Position numbers and translations under genes: made by a program
The notes under the pieces: generated by a model
Databases searched by the model: none
The model's input: only the letters and a program-made list of their open reading frames with translations
What the model was told of the DNA's origin: nothing
In this document: positions 16,231 through 30,155 of the stretch, piece after piece
How the letters are laid out: every line of letters starts with the position of its first letter
How positions within the stretch are numbered: position 1 is the first letter of the stretch
Assembly (NCBI RefSeq): GCF_009914755.1
Contig: NC_060942.1
DNA: 64,000 bases
Source of the DNA: the human T2T-CHM13v2.0 reference genome, Homo sapiens
Strand: one strand, 5' to 3'

Positions 16231-17208
16231 TATTACATTAACATAAAATGTATTTCTTACTGTGGGTTGTTTCAAGAAGTTCAAATGTCACCCTTTTATT
16301 GCATACACTAATAGATGAACTATATGATCCTTTAGATAATTGTATAAATATAACTTCTTTTAAAAAATATTTTGATAAGTGTTGAACATTTGTTCAAGGT
16401 TGAACCTCAAGACAAGTATTTAGGTATATACACTGTTATCAAAGGTTTGACATGAACTAAAAGCATCTTTGATATATTATTAGCCCTACTGTTTAATTTG
16501 AAGTCATTTCTTTTGTTAGAAATTTGGTATTCCAAAAGCGAAGACAATGCTTTTCATAGAAATCATCTATCAAGAGCCTATTATGTAGCCAACGTTCTGA
16601 TACAGATATCTATATGATCAGTAACACAGGATTACACTTAGCAATTATATAAACTTTGAAGTTTCATAGATAATTTTTACTATTCTAAGATATGCATTCT
16701 GTAAGTTCTTTTCCTGAAGATTTTTTAAATGGACAATTTGGAATTTTGGGTAAACTTAAAAGACTTTAAACCTCAAATTTTTGCACCCATGCAGCCTTGT
16801 GTAAATTTCAGACACTGATAATCCCAATGTTTCTCAACCCACTTCTGTACAGATTGTATTTTGTAAATATTTTTATAAAGTTTTTCAACTTTGTAAGAGG
16901 TCACCAGTTCTCCTATTTAATAGTTTAGCTGCTAATCAAAGCATGCAGCTTGACTTAGCTTAAATAACAGTGTATATACCTAAATACTTGTCTTGAGGTT
17001 CAACCTTGAACAAATGTTCAACACTTACCAAAATATTTTTTAAAAGAAGTGCTATTTATACAATTATCTAAAGGATCATATAGTTCATCTATTAGTGTAT
17101 TCAATAAAAGGGTGACATTTGAACTTTTTAAAACAACCCACAGTAAGAAATACATTTTATGTTAATGTACTAACACACATCCATATATACAAAATGTAAT
17201 AAAACAAA
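16195..17208. repeat. Inverted repeat: 245-bp arms (16195-16439 and 16964-17208) with a 524-bp spacer
   Basis: Manual alignment of the reverse complement of the left arm to the right arm gives about 9 substitutions and no indels (about 96%). Confidence 0.95.
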
Positions 17209-18324
17209 TTTTAGGGGGGAAAAACCCTTGTAATGTATGAAACTAATAAATTCCATTCTACTCTATTTTAGAGAGCTGTCACCTGGGTCACAGTTTGGCC
17301 TTTTACAAAATTGACTTAACTGATGTATTTTTAATATCCATACTTTTGAAAATTTTAGCCTTAAAATAAACATGAAGCTTTTTAGATCAGAGAAAGATAA
17401 ATTATTTACTTACAGAATATCTTAGCATAGACACTCACACTCTATTTTCCCCTTGGGACACCACCATGAGGGCATCTTAGCCTACAGGTACAAAGGAGAT
17501 TTATACTATCCTGCAGGAAACCCTAAAATTGTGAAACTGGAATCTTATGTAGGAGCTGGTACATGGAGGTGGGGCCTATGAAATCTTGTACTCTGGAATT
17601 CAAACAAACAAATACTCTTTCGGGGGAGGAGGGAAAGGTCTCTACCTCATTCTAAGACAGAATGAAAATATTTGACTCCTGGGGAGATAGCAAAGGTTTA
17701 ATTACCCCTTCAGTGGGAACAGACAGCATATGCCTCCACCACAAAGGGGATCAGCAGTAACAGAATGTGAAAAACAAATTGGTATGGAAAAAAAGGAGAC
17801 ATCTTCTATTTTTAAGTTCCAAGGCTTGTTCATTATTCACTATTCCTTTAGCCCAGGTTGTCAGTAATTTTGCTCAGAGAGCCCTAATCATGCAGGAACA
17901 TGAAGTATTTTTCTTATATTGACTGAATTACTTTTAGGTTTTCTTTCATGGGTTGTCCCATATCAAGTGGCATAACAAAGAAAAGCCCTAAAGAAAGTGT
18001 GAAATTATGTATAGCCATGTGCTGAGGACTTTGTCCAGTATACACTATCCTCTTTGTGAATCACAAGGTATTTTTCTCTGTTGTCAGTATCAAGGTGTCA
18101 GTATCCAGAACAATTAGTTTAAGTGGATATGAAATTCTTAGTACAAAACGCAAATAGAATAATACGGTCTGTAAAATGAATCACAGAGGCAAATTATTGG
18201 TCCTTTTTCAGTTGGTGTGCAATACCTTGGCACTCATTTTCTCTTCTAACTTTATTCATTGACTACTTTTTTGTAAATTTATAATCATCTTGCTCAGATA
18301 TATGTATTTCTAAAAAACACTGTA

Positions 18325-18352
18325 ATATATATATATATGTGTATGTATATGT

Positions 18353-18445
<93 letters not shown>
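18325..18445. repeat. Compound (TA)n(TG)n(TA)n microsatellite
   Basis: Direct reading. Confidence 0.98.
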
Positions 18446-18446
<1 letters not shown>

Positions 18447-18603
18447 TGGTAACTCACTTTGAATACTTTTGGTAATAAGGTTTGAAAACATTAATACATT
18501 AACTCACCAAAATGGACCTAGCACTTATTGAACATCTATTGCACTAGGACCTTTACGTGTGTTATCTCGCTTTTGTTTTCCAATAGTTCTGTTGGATACG
18601 TAT

Positions 18604-19331
18604 TGTAATTGCCCAGCAGGGTCTTCTTTCTTGCTTGCTTCACAGATAAAACCAATGCACTCAGACAGTGGTATTGCAGTAGAGAAAGAGTTTAATAATT
18701 GCGGGGCCAGCAAAGTGGAAGGATGGAAGTTTATTTCTCAAAACAGCCTCCCTGAAAACTCTGAAGCTAGGGGTTTTCAAGTATAATTTGGTAGGCAGAG
18801 GGCTAGAGAATGGGGAAAGTTGATTGGTCAAGTCAGGGATGATGTCACAGGAGATCAAAGCTGTATTCTTGTGCTGAGTCATTTCCTGGGTGGGGGGGTC
18901 CCAAGACCAGATGAGCTGGTTTCTTGGTATGGTTTATCAGCACAGGTGATCCTAGCTGGTCCATCAGAATGCAGGGTCTAAAAAATACCTGAAGCACAAA
19001 TCTTAGGGTTTACAATAGTGATGTGATCTTTAGGAGTAATTGCAGAGGCTAAAAATCTTGTGTCCTCTGTCTATATGACTCCTAAACTATAATTCTAACC
19101 TTGTGACTAATTTGTTAGTTTTAGAAAGGTTGATTCAGTTCTTGAGCAAGGACAAGGTTAGTTTTGGGAAGGGACTGTTATCATTTTTGTTTTGAAGTTA
19201 AACTATAAACTTTATCCCATAGTTAGCTTGGCCTACACTGAGGAAGGAACTAGGGCAGCTTGGAGGTTAGAAGCAAAATGGAGTCAGGTTAAATTTTTCT
19301 CACAGTTATAATTTTTGCAAAGGCAGTTTCA
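18604..19331 (-). mobile_element. ERV1 solo LTR, LTR8 family
   Basis: Minus strand starts tgaaactgcctttgcaaaaattataac (recalled LTR8 5' end); TG...CA ends; TSD-like gtat/gtac. Confidence 0.75.
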
Positions 19332-22158
19332 GTACTATTATGTCTATTAAGTAGATACAGAAACAGTAGCTTACTGATGGATGGAGAGAACTAACTCTAA
19401 GCAATAGAGTTTTAGATGAGACCTGGCTACTCATCTATAGCCAACACGTACGTTTCTTTCCACAAGTTCTTGTTGGCTGTCTTGATACAATTCATAGCAC
19501 TATAAGAATGGCAAAAAGTGCACACAGAATAGTGATAAGAAATCAGGTTCATCTTTTTTTGTTTGCATGCGGAGAATATGGCATAAAAATGATGCATCTG
19601 TAGATATTACAGATGCAGGGCTATTTCAGGAATAGGTGACAAAAACTCAGTATAGTGGAAGGTTTTTTTGCTCAAAAGTAACATTCCTACATGGTGCAAA
19701 TCAGGTTCAGGTAAAAATCTGTGTTGAGCTTGAAAGAAAGGAGTTGACTTGAAAGTTTGTTATCATAATTTATAATTATTAAATATTTAAATATTTTTAT
19801 GTGAGCCACCATTAGTACTCTTGCCAAAATAATGGGCATTAAGAGAAAATCTAGAAATATAAATAAAAAATTCTATTTTGTTATCATTTGCTTTAATTAC
19901 ACAATGAATACTTTGTTTTTTGCAAGAGGAGCCATGATTAATAAAATTTAGATTTCTTATAAATGTAATTAATTATATAAAGTACTGTGACATTATAAAA
20001 ATCAGAGAAAAAATAGACATATAAGATTCCACAAACATTACTTACGTATGCAAAAATAAATATAATGCAAAAGCCTACTTTGAGATGAATTTGTTACATG
20101 AATTGGACAGGTCCTGGAATCATAAAATGAATCTGGCCATCAGAATGCTACAGAAAGCTTAATTGTCCAAGAGCCTCATCTGCTCTTCTAAAATCCACCA
20201 TTGCATTTACTTTGAGTCTGTGCTTCCGAAAGGTTGTTCCAGGCAGTGACTGAATTGGCAAGGATTCCAAGGCAGTCCTCATTCCTAGGAGACAGGAGAG
20301 TCTTCTGAAAGCTGACTTGGCATAAAGATACCTGTGGCCTTTCTAAATCTTCCTCAGACTTTATGGTAGTCATGGATGCTGCTCCCTAACCTCCCTTTAA
20401 CTTAGAGCCAGACTTCTTCACTGTCTGATGCCTCTCCCAGTCTAATCGGCTCTCTCTCCTCTGTCTTTCACACAGGGACTTCCACCAATACAATTCTTGA
20501 GGATTTTTAATCCCATCTTGGCATCTGCTTTTGGGAGGACCTGGTCTAACAGAATTTCTTAAAGTTTAGACTAAAGTTGCCATTGTCTTTGCTATTTAAT
20601 CTTTGTAGACATTTTTTCAAGAAACTTAAAAATGCATTTACTATATAGACAGACACATGGCATAATATTTTTATTGTCATTTCAACATGCATGAATGTTA
20701 CCAAAAGATTCTACAGAAAAAAATTCCGGAGAGTGATATGCTCTATGGCAACGACTTCAGTGGTTCTTAGCCTCATTTCTTCAGAATTAAGAGTCAGAAT
20801 ATTCTTTTTCAATAATATCAATTAACTTTTCTATAAGTTTGTTTTGATTTATTTTTAACTACCAGTAGTTTCCCCTGAACTAATTGCCCTCAGGAAAAAA
20901 AATACCTGGCATAATGTCAAATGATAAAGTGGTTGTCTCAAGAAATTAGTTCATTGACATTTAATCCTACCTATTCATAGGCATTTCAGTGACTAACAGT
21001 GCCTTTGCCAAGCCAATGTTTGTTTGCAATTGTGAGCTGCCAGGTTTGATCATACGTTCTTACAATCAAAACTTATATTTTGATTTGTACATATATACAT
21101 AGTTTAATCATTTAAATAAATAGATAAATTAATGTATATATGTCCCTATTTCCTAGGGAGAAAAATAAGACATTAAAAAAGAATACAGAGTGCTAGGGAT
21201 GATGAGTATTTATAATGTTAAATAGAAGGATCATCACCAATAAAAGGTGATATTTGAATAAAAATCTCAAAAAAGTGAAGAGGAGGTCATGCTGCATTTA
21301 GGAGAAGCATAGCTAAAAGGAAACACAATTTAAAAACTTTGAGACAGAGCCTGCCTACTTTGCATAATGCACAACAGGAGATCTATGTGGCCAGAGTGGA
21401 GTGAGTATGGTTAATACAGAGAAGTAACACAAGTAAGAATGGATATAAAAGGGTTCCTTGACTATTAGTGTTTCCTAGAACATTACAGCTTTCTTCCTGC
21501 ATTGGAAACAAGTCCTAGTTTAAACAGAAAGTGTGGCCTTTTGGGACTCCCAGCATCCTCACTTACAGTATTGTATGTTGTAGATGCAACACGCTTACAT
21601 TGTACTGACATCGAGTGTGACTGGGCTCCTGTGTATCATGAGTCCACTGGAATACTATGCTTATGGTGCATTTCAAATGCTATGTATAAATGAGGTGTTA
21701 AAACATGGTAGACATTTATGTTGCATGTATATCCTTAGCTTATGTGCATGCTTCATTGTCCCATTGGACTTTGCTTACAAAACACAAGCCCAAAATAAAA
21801 CTTTAAAGAATTTCAGGACTGTGACAGCACATCATTCAACTAATATGAAACCCTTTTGAGTACGGGAGCCCTGTGCGACTACACAGCTTGTACACCCATA
21901 AAGTAAACCTTGGTCACAAAGATGGTTTAATTACTGAGAATACACTGAAGTACCACCTCATAGGACTGGAAAGTCTCCACACTACATAAGCCTAAAGTAA
22001 ATGTGAATGACATGGCCTCAACATGGGCAATCGATGCCTAGGCAGAAGCAGAAAGATCAGTTAGGAAGCAGTTTCAATAATGAAGGAGAGAGTGACTGGG
22101 CTGACATAGTGACAGTGAATATATTAAGAAATATCAAATTCTAATTAGATTTTGAAGG

Positions 22159-22529
22159 TATATTTGCCCATTCTTATGGTGCTAATAAAAACATACCCAG
22201 GACTGGGTAATTTATAAAGGAAAGAGGTTTAACTGACTCACAGTTCAGCATGGCAGGGGAGGCCCATGAAACGTACAATCATGGTGGAAGGGGAAGCAAA
22301 TATGTCCTTCTTCACATGGCGGTAGCAAGGAGAAGTGCCAAGTGAAGGGGGGAAAAGCCCCTTAGGAAACCATCAGATCTCGTGAGAGCTCACTATCATG
22401 AGAACAGCATGGGGGTAACCACCCCCATGATTCAGTTACCTCCTACTGGGTCCTTTCCATGACACATGGGGATTATGGGAGCTACAATTCAAGATGAGAT
22501 TTGGGTGGGGAAACAGCCAAACCATATCA
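22159..22529 (-). mobile_element. THE1-type MaLR solo LTR
   Basis: gactgggtaatttataaaggaaagaggtttaa ... gatttgggtgggga(a)acagccaaaccatatca. Confidence 0.9.
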
Positions 22530-22895
22530 AAAGGTAAGCCCAGGGAAATTTGCCACAATATTAGGTGTGGAGTGTGAGAAAAAGAGGAGCGTCCTGGGTG
22601 AGAACAACTGCAATCTTTTGGGCCTCAGGAACTTGAAAATAGAATTTACATGTTTTGAGATTGAGAAGACTGGTAGAAACAAGTTGCATATAGAAACATT
22701 AGGATTTCAGTTTTGAACATGTCATTTAAGATATTATTAGTTATCAAAGTGGAGATTTGAACAGGCAGTTGAATATATGAGTCTGAGTTTCACAGATACT
22801 AAAGCACATTAAATAAAACTGAGGAACATCTTGAAGGTAATTTAAAGTATCTTACTTAAATTGAGCCTTTGATTTGATTTATTTTAAATTTACAG

Positions 22896-23003
22896 GGAAC
22901 CCTTGGCTTTGAGGAACAAATCAACAAATATATGGAACTTGCAAAATACTTCTATAAGGTTTTAAAGAAAAAAGATAACTTTAAGCTTGTGTTTGATGCA
23001 GAG
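22896..23003 (+). pseudogene. GAD3P: GAD-like exon: GTLGFEEQINKYMELAKYFYKVLKKKDNFKLVFDAE
   Basis: ttacag|GGA...GAG|gtaagg; 108 nt. Confidence 0.93.
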
Positions 23004-24425
23004 GTAAGGAGGACTCTTAGCTTTTTATTTATGTAATTTTTGAGATAATTCAATGGATCTCTATTTTCTTTTCTGAGTATTTTTATCTGAATCTGTTACT
23101 TATCTCATGTGTTGGGAGAACCTTATAGGTATACTTAATTATTGTAAGCATTTTATTTTACCTAAGCTCATATAAGTTAGGTTTTAAAACATTTTTAATT
23201 TAAGTTCCTTTTCTTATAAGCAAAGAGTCCAAAAGACTAAGTTAATGAGTACCTTCAATTTTTACATTTTTAAAACAATGAAACTGTTTGCTTTTAACTG
23301 CGTCTCTGGCATCTCTGACACTAAATAGGATGTAATTTAATTGTTCTTAGTTTTTTTTTTTTTTGTATCTTAGAGTAGGCAATTGCATTTCCAGACAGTA
23401 GATAATATAAGAGAAGGTAGGCTTTAAATTATAATAATCTTTGGTACATTGTTATCAAGTCACTAAGCTGATATTAATGAAAGATTTGAGAATTTTGCTA
23501 GCATTACATTGTATATCAATCTTTAAGGCTCAATAAACCTTCTACTGGCACTCATTAAATCATTCTAATAAGAGTAACTATTAAGAAACAAAGGTGCCTT
23601 GTTTATCTTCTAAATTGTCTCCGTCTCTCTCTGTTATTATCTTAATATTTGCTTATTGCTCTGCTTTTAAGTGAAAACTAAACTTTTCTTTGTTTTTAAT
23701 ACTACGCACAATCTGACAGTTTAACTTCGTCTCTGAAATAAGCTTTGATAGCTGACTTAAGTTCCCTTCCATCCTTTGTCTATGTGAATGACACTCAGTC
23801 ATCTAAGCCAGAAACCTTGAAATTCATCTTGAAAGCCTGACATTCGTCATCATGCTGATCAATTCTTTCCCTTGAAGCTTTTGGAAATGGAAACACTCCT
23901 ATCTACACTACAGCTATGCCTTCAGTGAAGTCCTTTTCATTCTCTCCTGAATTATGAGAACATTCTATTTACTAATATTCTCCTATCTTCAATCATACTT
24001 CCCTCGAATCAATTATCTTTCAACTTGAGTGATCTTTCTCAAATACAAAACTGATGCTACCATTATTTGTTTAAAATAGTTGACGTCATGGTCATGGCAT
24101 GGATGAATGGAAGTTTGAAGGAATTTGTAAACCAAAATATGGGGAAGATGATAACATAGATATGAAAATCCTCAAGAATTATGACTCAAGAGTTTATTGG
24201 AGAAACAAGCAGATCCCGTGCCAGACTAGGCCCTCTCTGAGGAAAGTAGCTACTTCTTTTATCTCTGAATCCAGGCCCTGACATGTACTAAGCACAGAAA
24301 GAAACCTTTATTTAAATACATAAACATTAAGTGAGATAAATTAAAGTACTTCTGAAATAATGAAGTCACTAAAGAATTAAGTGGAGTTTTTATGGATACT
24401 TGTAAAATATTTTTCTTTGATTTAG

Positions 24426-24515
24426 CCTGAGTTCACTAATGTCTGCTTCTGGTATTTCCCAGCAAGGCTTAAACATATTCCAAAAGGTTTTGAAAGAGAT
24501 CAAGAACTCCGAAAG
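24426..24515 (+). pseudogene. GAD3P: GAD-like exon: PEFTNVCFWYFPARLKHIPKGFERDQELRK
   Basis: tttag|CCT...AAG|gtaaag; 90 nt. Confidence 0.93.
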
Positions 24516-25129
24516 GTAAAGGTTTTTTTTTCTTTTTAATTTTTAGTGTGTGGTATTTTTAATTCTAATTTTAATATTGACTTTTAATGGGTCTATTTAG
24601 TTTGGTTAGTGGATTGGTGGTCATATGATTCCAAGCTACTGGTTTAATAATTATATGGGGCTCACTGAGAACTCAACCCATTAGTCATTTTGAAATTAAT
24701 CCATTCATTGGTTACATATTGAAAAAATATTTCAATGCCTAATATGCAATCAGCTGAAATTCATACGCTTTGGTTAATTTATTCATTAGTTAATATTTCC
24801 CAGGTATACCAGTAGGAGTTGAAAGTTAAAAAATGAATAGACAGAATCCTTGTCCTCAGTTGGCTTGAAAAGTTAGTGGGAGAGAATAAAAAATATAAAT
24901 AACTACAATTCCAAAGAAAAATAGAAGAGATACTTAAATAAATGTTATCAATTTTAAAATATTTATCATAAATTATCTGAGCAAGAATCTGAGAGATATT
25001 TTATAATAGTTCCATTAACAATACTGAAAAGAATTAAAATGAATGTCATACAATGAGAATATTTCATCTTTATCTTCATAATTAAAGTGGACATTATCAC
25101 CACTATATGCCATTTATCCATATATTTAT

Positions 25130-25427
<298 letters not shown>

Positions 25428-26855
25428 CTATCCATATATTTAATATGAGCTTTTGCCTAAACTTAATCATGTATCATAATATTTATTTTATAATATTACC
25501 ACCCCTTTCTGAATTATGCTGATAGTTCAACCACGTATTTTACATAATTTGAGTTGCCCTAAAGTAAGTTGAACAAAAATTGTCTGACATTAATGTTTAA
25601 GGCCTTCAACTTTTTCTATCATCATTAGTAAATTTCACTGGGCTTGTAACAGAAAATGTAGTTTTCTGTTTTCCTTCTTGCTTTTCACAGTAGTCTTATT
25701 TAAGTATGTTATGGTTTGAGGCAAGGACTAAGTGAAGCTCTTATTTTTTTTTTCTAAGCATATAAATGTCACCTTCCATGAGGGTAGCTACCACCAACTG
25801 AGTTAGTCAGAAACAAGAAGGCTTCTAGAGGTACACCCAAACCACTCAACCTCTTAGAGTTCTACACATGTTCCTGACTGGAGGGCAAGCCAAGACTATT
25901 AAACAATTTCCCACAGTATTGCAGATAATAAAAAATACCCAATATAGTATTGTTATATTGAATAAAATATTAATTAGAGAAGGACACGAAATAAAAATCC
26001 TGACTATTGAATGAAAGAATTGAATTGTATGTGTGTGTGTGTGTGTGTATATATATGAGATTGTATTGTGTGTGTATATATATATAATTGTTTGTGTGTA
26101 TATATTTACATATGCGTAAATATATATATATAAATGTATATTTGCTTCTGCACTGCCATCAGACAGTCTTATAGGAAAGTTAAATATGGATAGCATTTGT
26201 AGCATTTAAAGGTAAATTGTTTGCAGAAATAGACCATGAATAAGTGCAGATTGAGTAGTTATAGAACGCCATCTTTGGCTTTTCTGAGTGTTCGTGTCAC
26301 TTTGCCCTGTAACAGTAGCCAAAGTTGCTTTAATGTGCTCTAACGCCACCTGCATGATGCCATTTTAGGAGCTGAACAAGATACTTAAACAGAGCTTGTC
26401 TCTGTGAAATTTACAAAGAAACTATATTTGCTGCAAAATAGTGACCTTGTAGAAAAACTCAAGATATACAATAATGAATGATTCAAATAATGCAAATAAT
26501 ACTAAAACATGATACTATTTTTCCATTCTCTATTTCATTTTATCTCTTTCCCAGGTACGTCTATTTGAATCGCCATATAAATACAAGGAAATGGCACATG
26601 CCTTTCTTTAATGCAGTCTAGCAAATTTATATTACTTTATGCTTGGTAATTGTAAATCATGGGGTAATGAGAGCTGCAATATGAATATAGAATTTGCTGC
26701 TTTTTTGTACTAAGCTACTTCTTAAAAATTATCCCTGATGGTCTTAAATTGCCTACAATTTACTTGAAGCTAATGATAGTTATGTAGCCATCTGGAATAA
26801 GGAAGAATAGTTACTTGTAAAACTTCTTTATAATAATATTTACACTTACACACAG

Positions 26856-27030
26856 ATTGCTCCAAAGATTAAAGCACAGATGATGATGGAAGGCACAATC
26901 ATGATAAGCTACCAGCCATGTGGAGACAAAGTAAATATTTTGCGAATGGTTTTTTTCTAATCCTGCCTCAAGACAGAAAGATGTTGACTATCTTATTGAT
27001 GAAATTGAAAGGCTTGGGAAGGATTTATGA
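26856..27030 (+). pseudogene. GAD3P: GAD-like terminal coding exon: [33 protein letters not shown][+1 T][24 protein letters not shown]
   Basis: cacag|ATTGCT; the T7 run at 26950-26956 gives a premature TAA at 26958-26960; ancestral TGA at 27028-27030. Confidence 0.92.
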
Positions 27031-27372
27031 TACTTCAATGTGAACTTGGATATCCCATGTAAACATCAACTTAATTCTATTCCTAAGGATAATAAGAAAG
27101 GAATATTGAAACTGTTATAAAAATGTTATGAATAAGAACTTTTAATTTTTATTCTATGCTATGTAAGATGAAAGGTAAGATGAAAGGTAATCCAGCTTAT
27201 ACACACGTACACACACACAGTTTGTTTAAATACTTAGCATCTGTTAAATGTTAGGTACGTTCTTAGTGTGCTTAGGATACATAAGAGACAAAAAATTTCT
27301 CCTCTTGTGAAGAGAAATTCCATTGTGGACATTTAATACCTTAACATGTATTTTATGTCTTTGAATTAACTG

Positions 27373-27442
27373 AATAAAGACTTCCTGTATTGAAATCAGT
27401 TTCAGTATCCTCTTGTAGTATTTCATCTCTGTCAAGAATAAA
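27373..27442 (+). terminator. Candidate polyadenylation signals of the GAD-like gene
   Basis: AATAAA at 27373-27378 and 27437-27442, about 350-410 nt after the ancestral stop; the hexamer is common in AT-rich DNA. Confidence 0.3.
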
Positions 27443-28126
27443 ATATATAACATGTTTCTCTTTTTTAAACAATTACGATGTATAAATCTGTATATTTTGG
27501 AGCAGAGAGAGGGAAGGGAATAGCTGGGCTGACATATTTGCCTTTTGATCCTTGCATATTTATTTGGAAGTGACCATAGCTTGTATCAAGCTCCTAATTT
27601 AACTCATTTTTTTCCGCAACATCATTTTAATGTCCCTAAAGATCAACTGTAGTGACACCCTTTTGTAATTATCCAAAAATACACAAACCGTAGCTAACAT
27701 TACATGAACACTTCTCGTGTATCACATGGTTTGCTACCTTGCTAACCTAACTTGCGTGGTCTCATTTAATTCTTGATTGACATTATGATTTAAATGATTT
27801 ATTGTCTCCATTTCATGAATGTGAAGATTAAGGCTTAAAGTTTAAATAATGTGTCTAACGTCATGCTGTTGATGAGTAATACAATCAAAATCTGAAGCTA
27901 GCTAGGTTTCTTCTCAACTGTGGATAGCAAAAAATCTGCCAAATGCTTTGCTGAAATTCATGGACAGCTTTGCTCAATAAATTCTAGCGGATCCTTTATA
28001 AAACTACAGGTCCTTTAATGGCAATGAATATTTTTGCTATTTTCACTTTGATGAAAATGAATAATTGGGTTTTAAACCTTCTAAGTTTAAACTGCTGGTA
28101 AGCTTCATTATGAAACTCCTACTTAA

Positions 28127-29882
<1,756 letters not shown>

Positions 29883-29924
29883 GTGAAGATGTACACAAAA
29901 ATACAAAAAAGACAAAAAAATATA

Positions 29925-30155
29925 ACAAAGAGGTTAAGAACACAAATTCTGGAATCAGCCTTCCTGGGAATGAATCCTAGCTTTGCTCCTTACTAAGAAT
30001 TTCTCTCTGTATTCACTTTCCCCATCACTATAATGAACAATAATGGCACTTCTTCACAGGTTGTATGAGAATTCAGTGAATTGGTTGATATATTTTAAGC
30101 TCTTAAAACAGTGTCTGGCATGTAGTAAGCCCACAGTACATGTTGGCATTATTAA
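29925..30155 (+). mobile_element. MIR
   Basis: ggttaagaacacaaattctgga...aatcctagctttgc...cacaggttgtatgaga...aacagtgtctggcatgtagtaagc. Confidence 0.7.

Noticed and set aside
18263-18491. YIYI/HTHT ORFs (also 25846 and 52689)
   Set aside because: Translations of (TA)n/(CA)n microsatellites.
29883-29925. Short segment after the L1 tail as a 3' transduction
   Set aside because: Too short and A-rich to separate from a degenerate poly(A) tail; no TSD could be found to delimit it.
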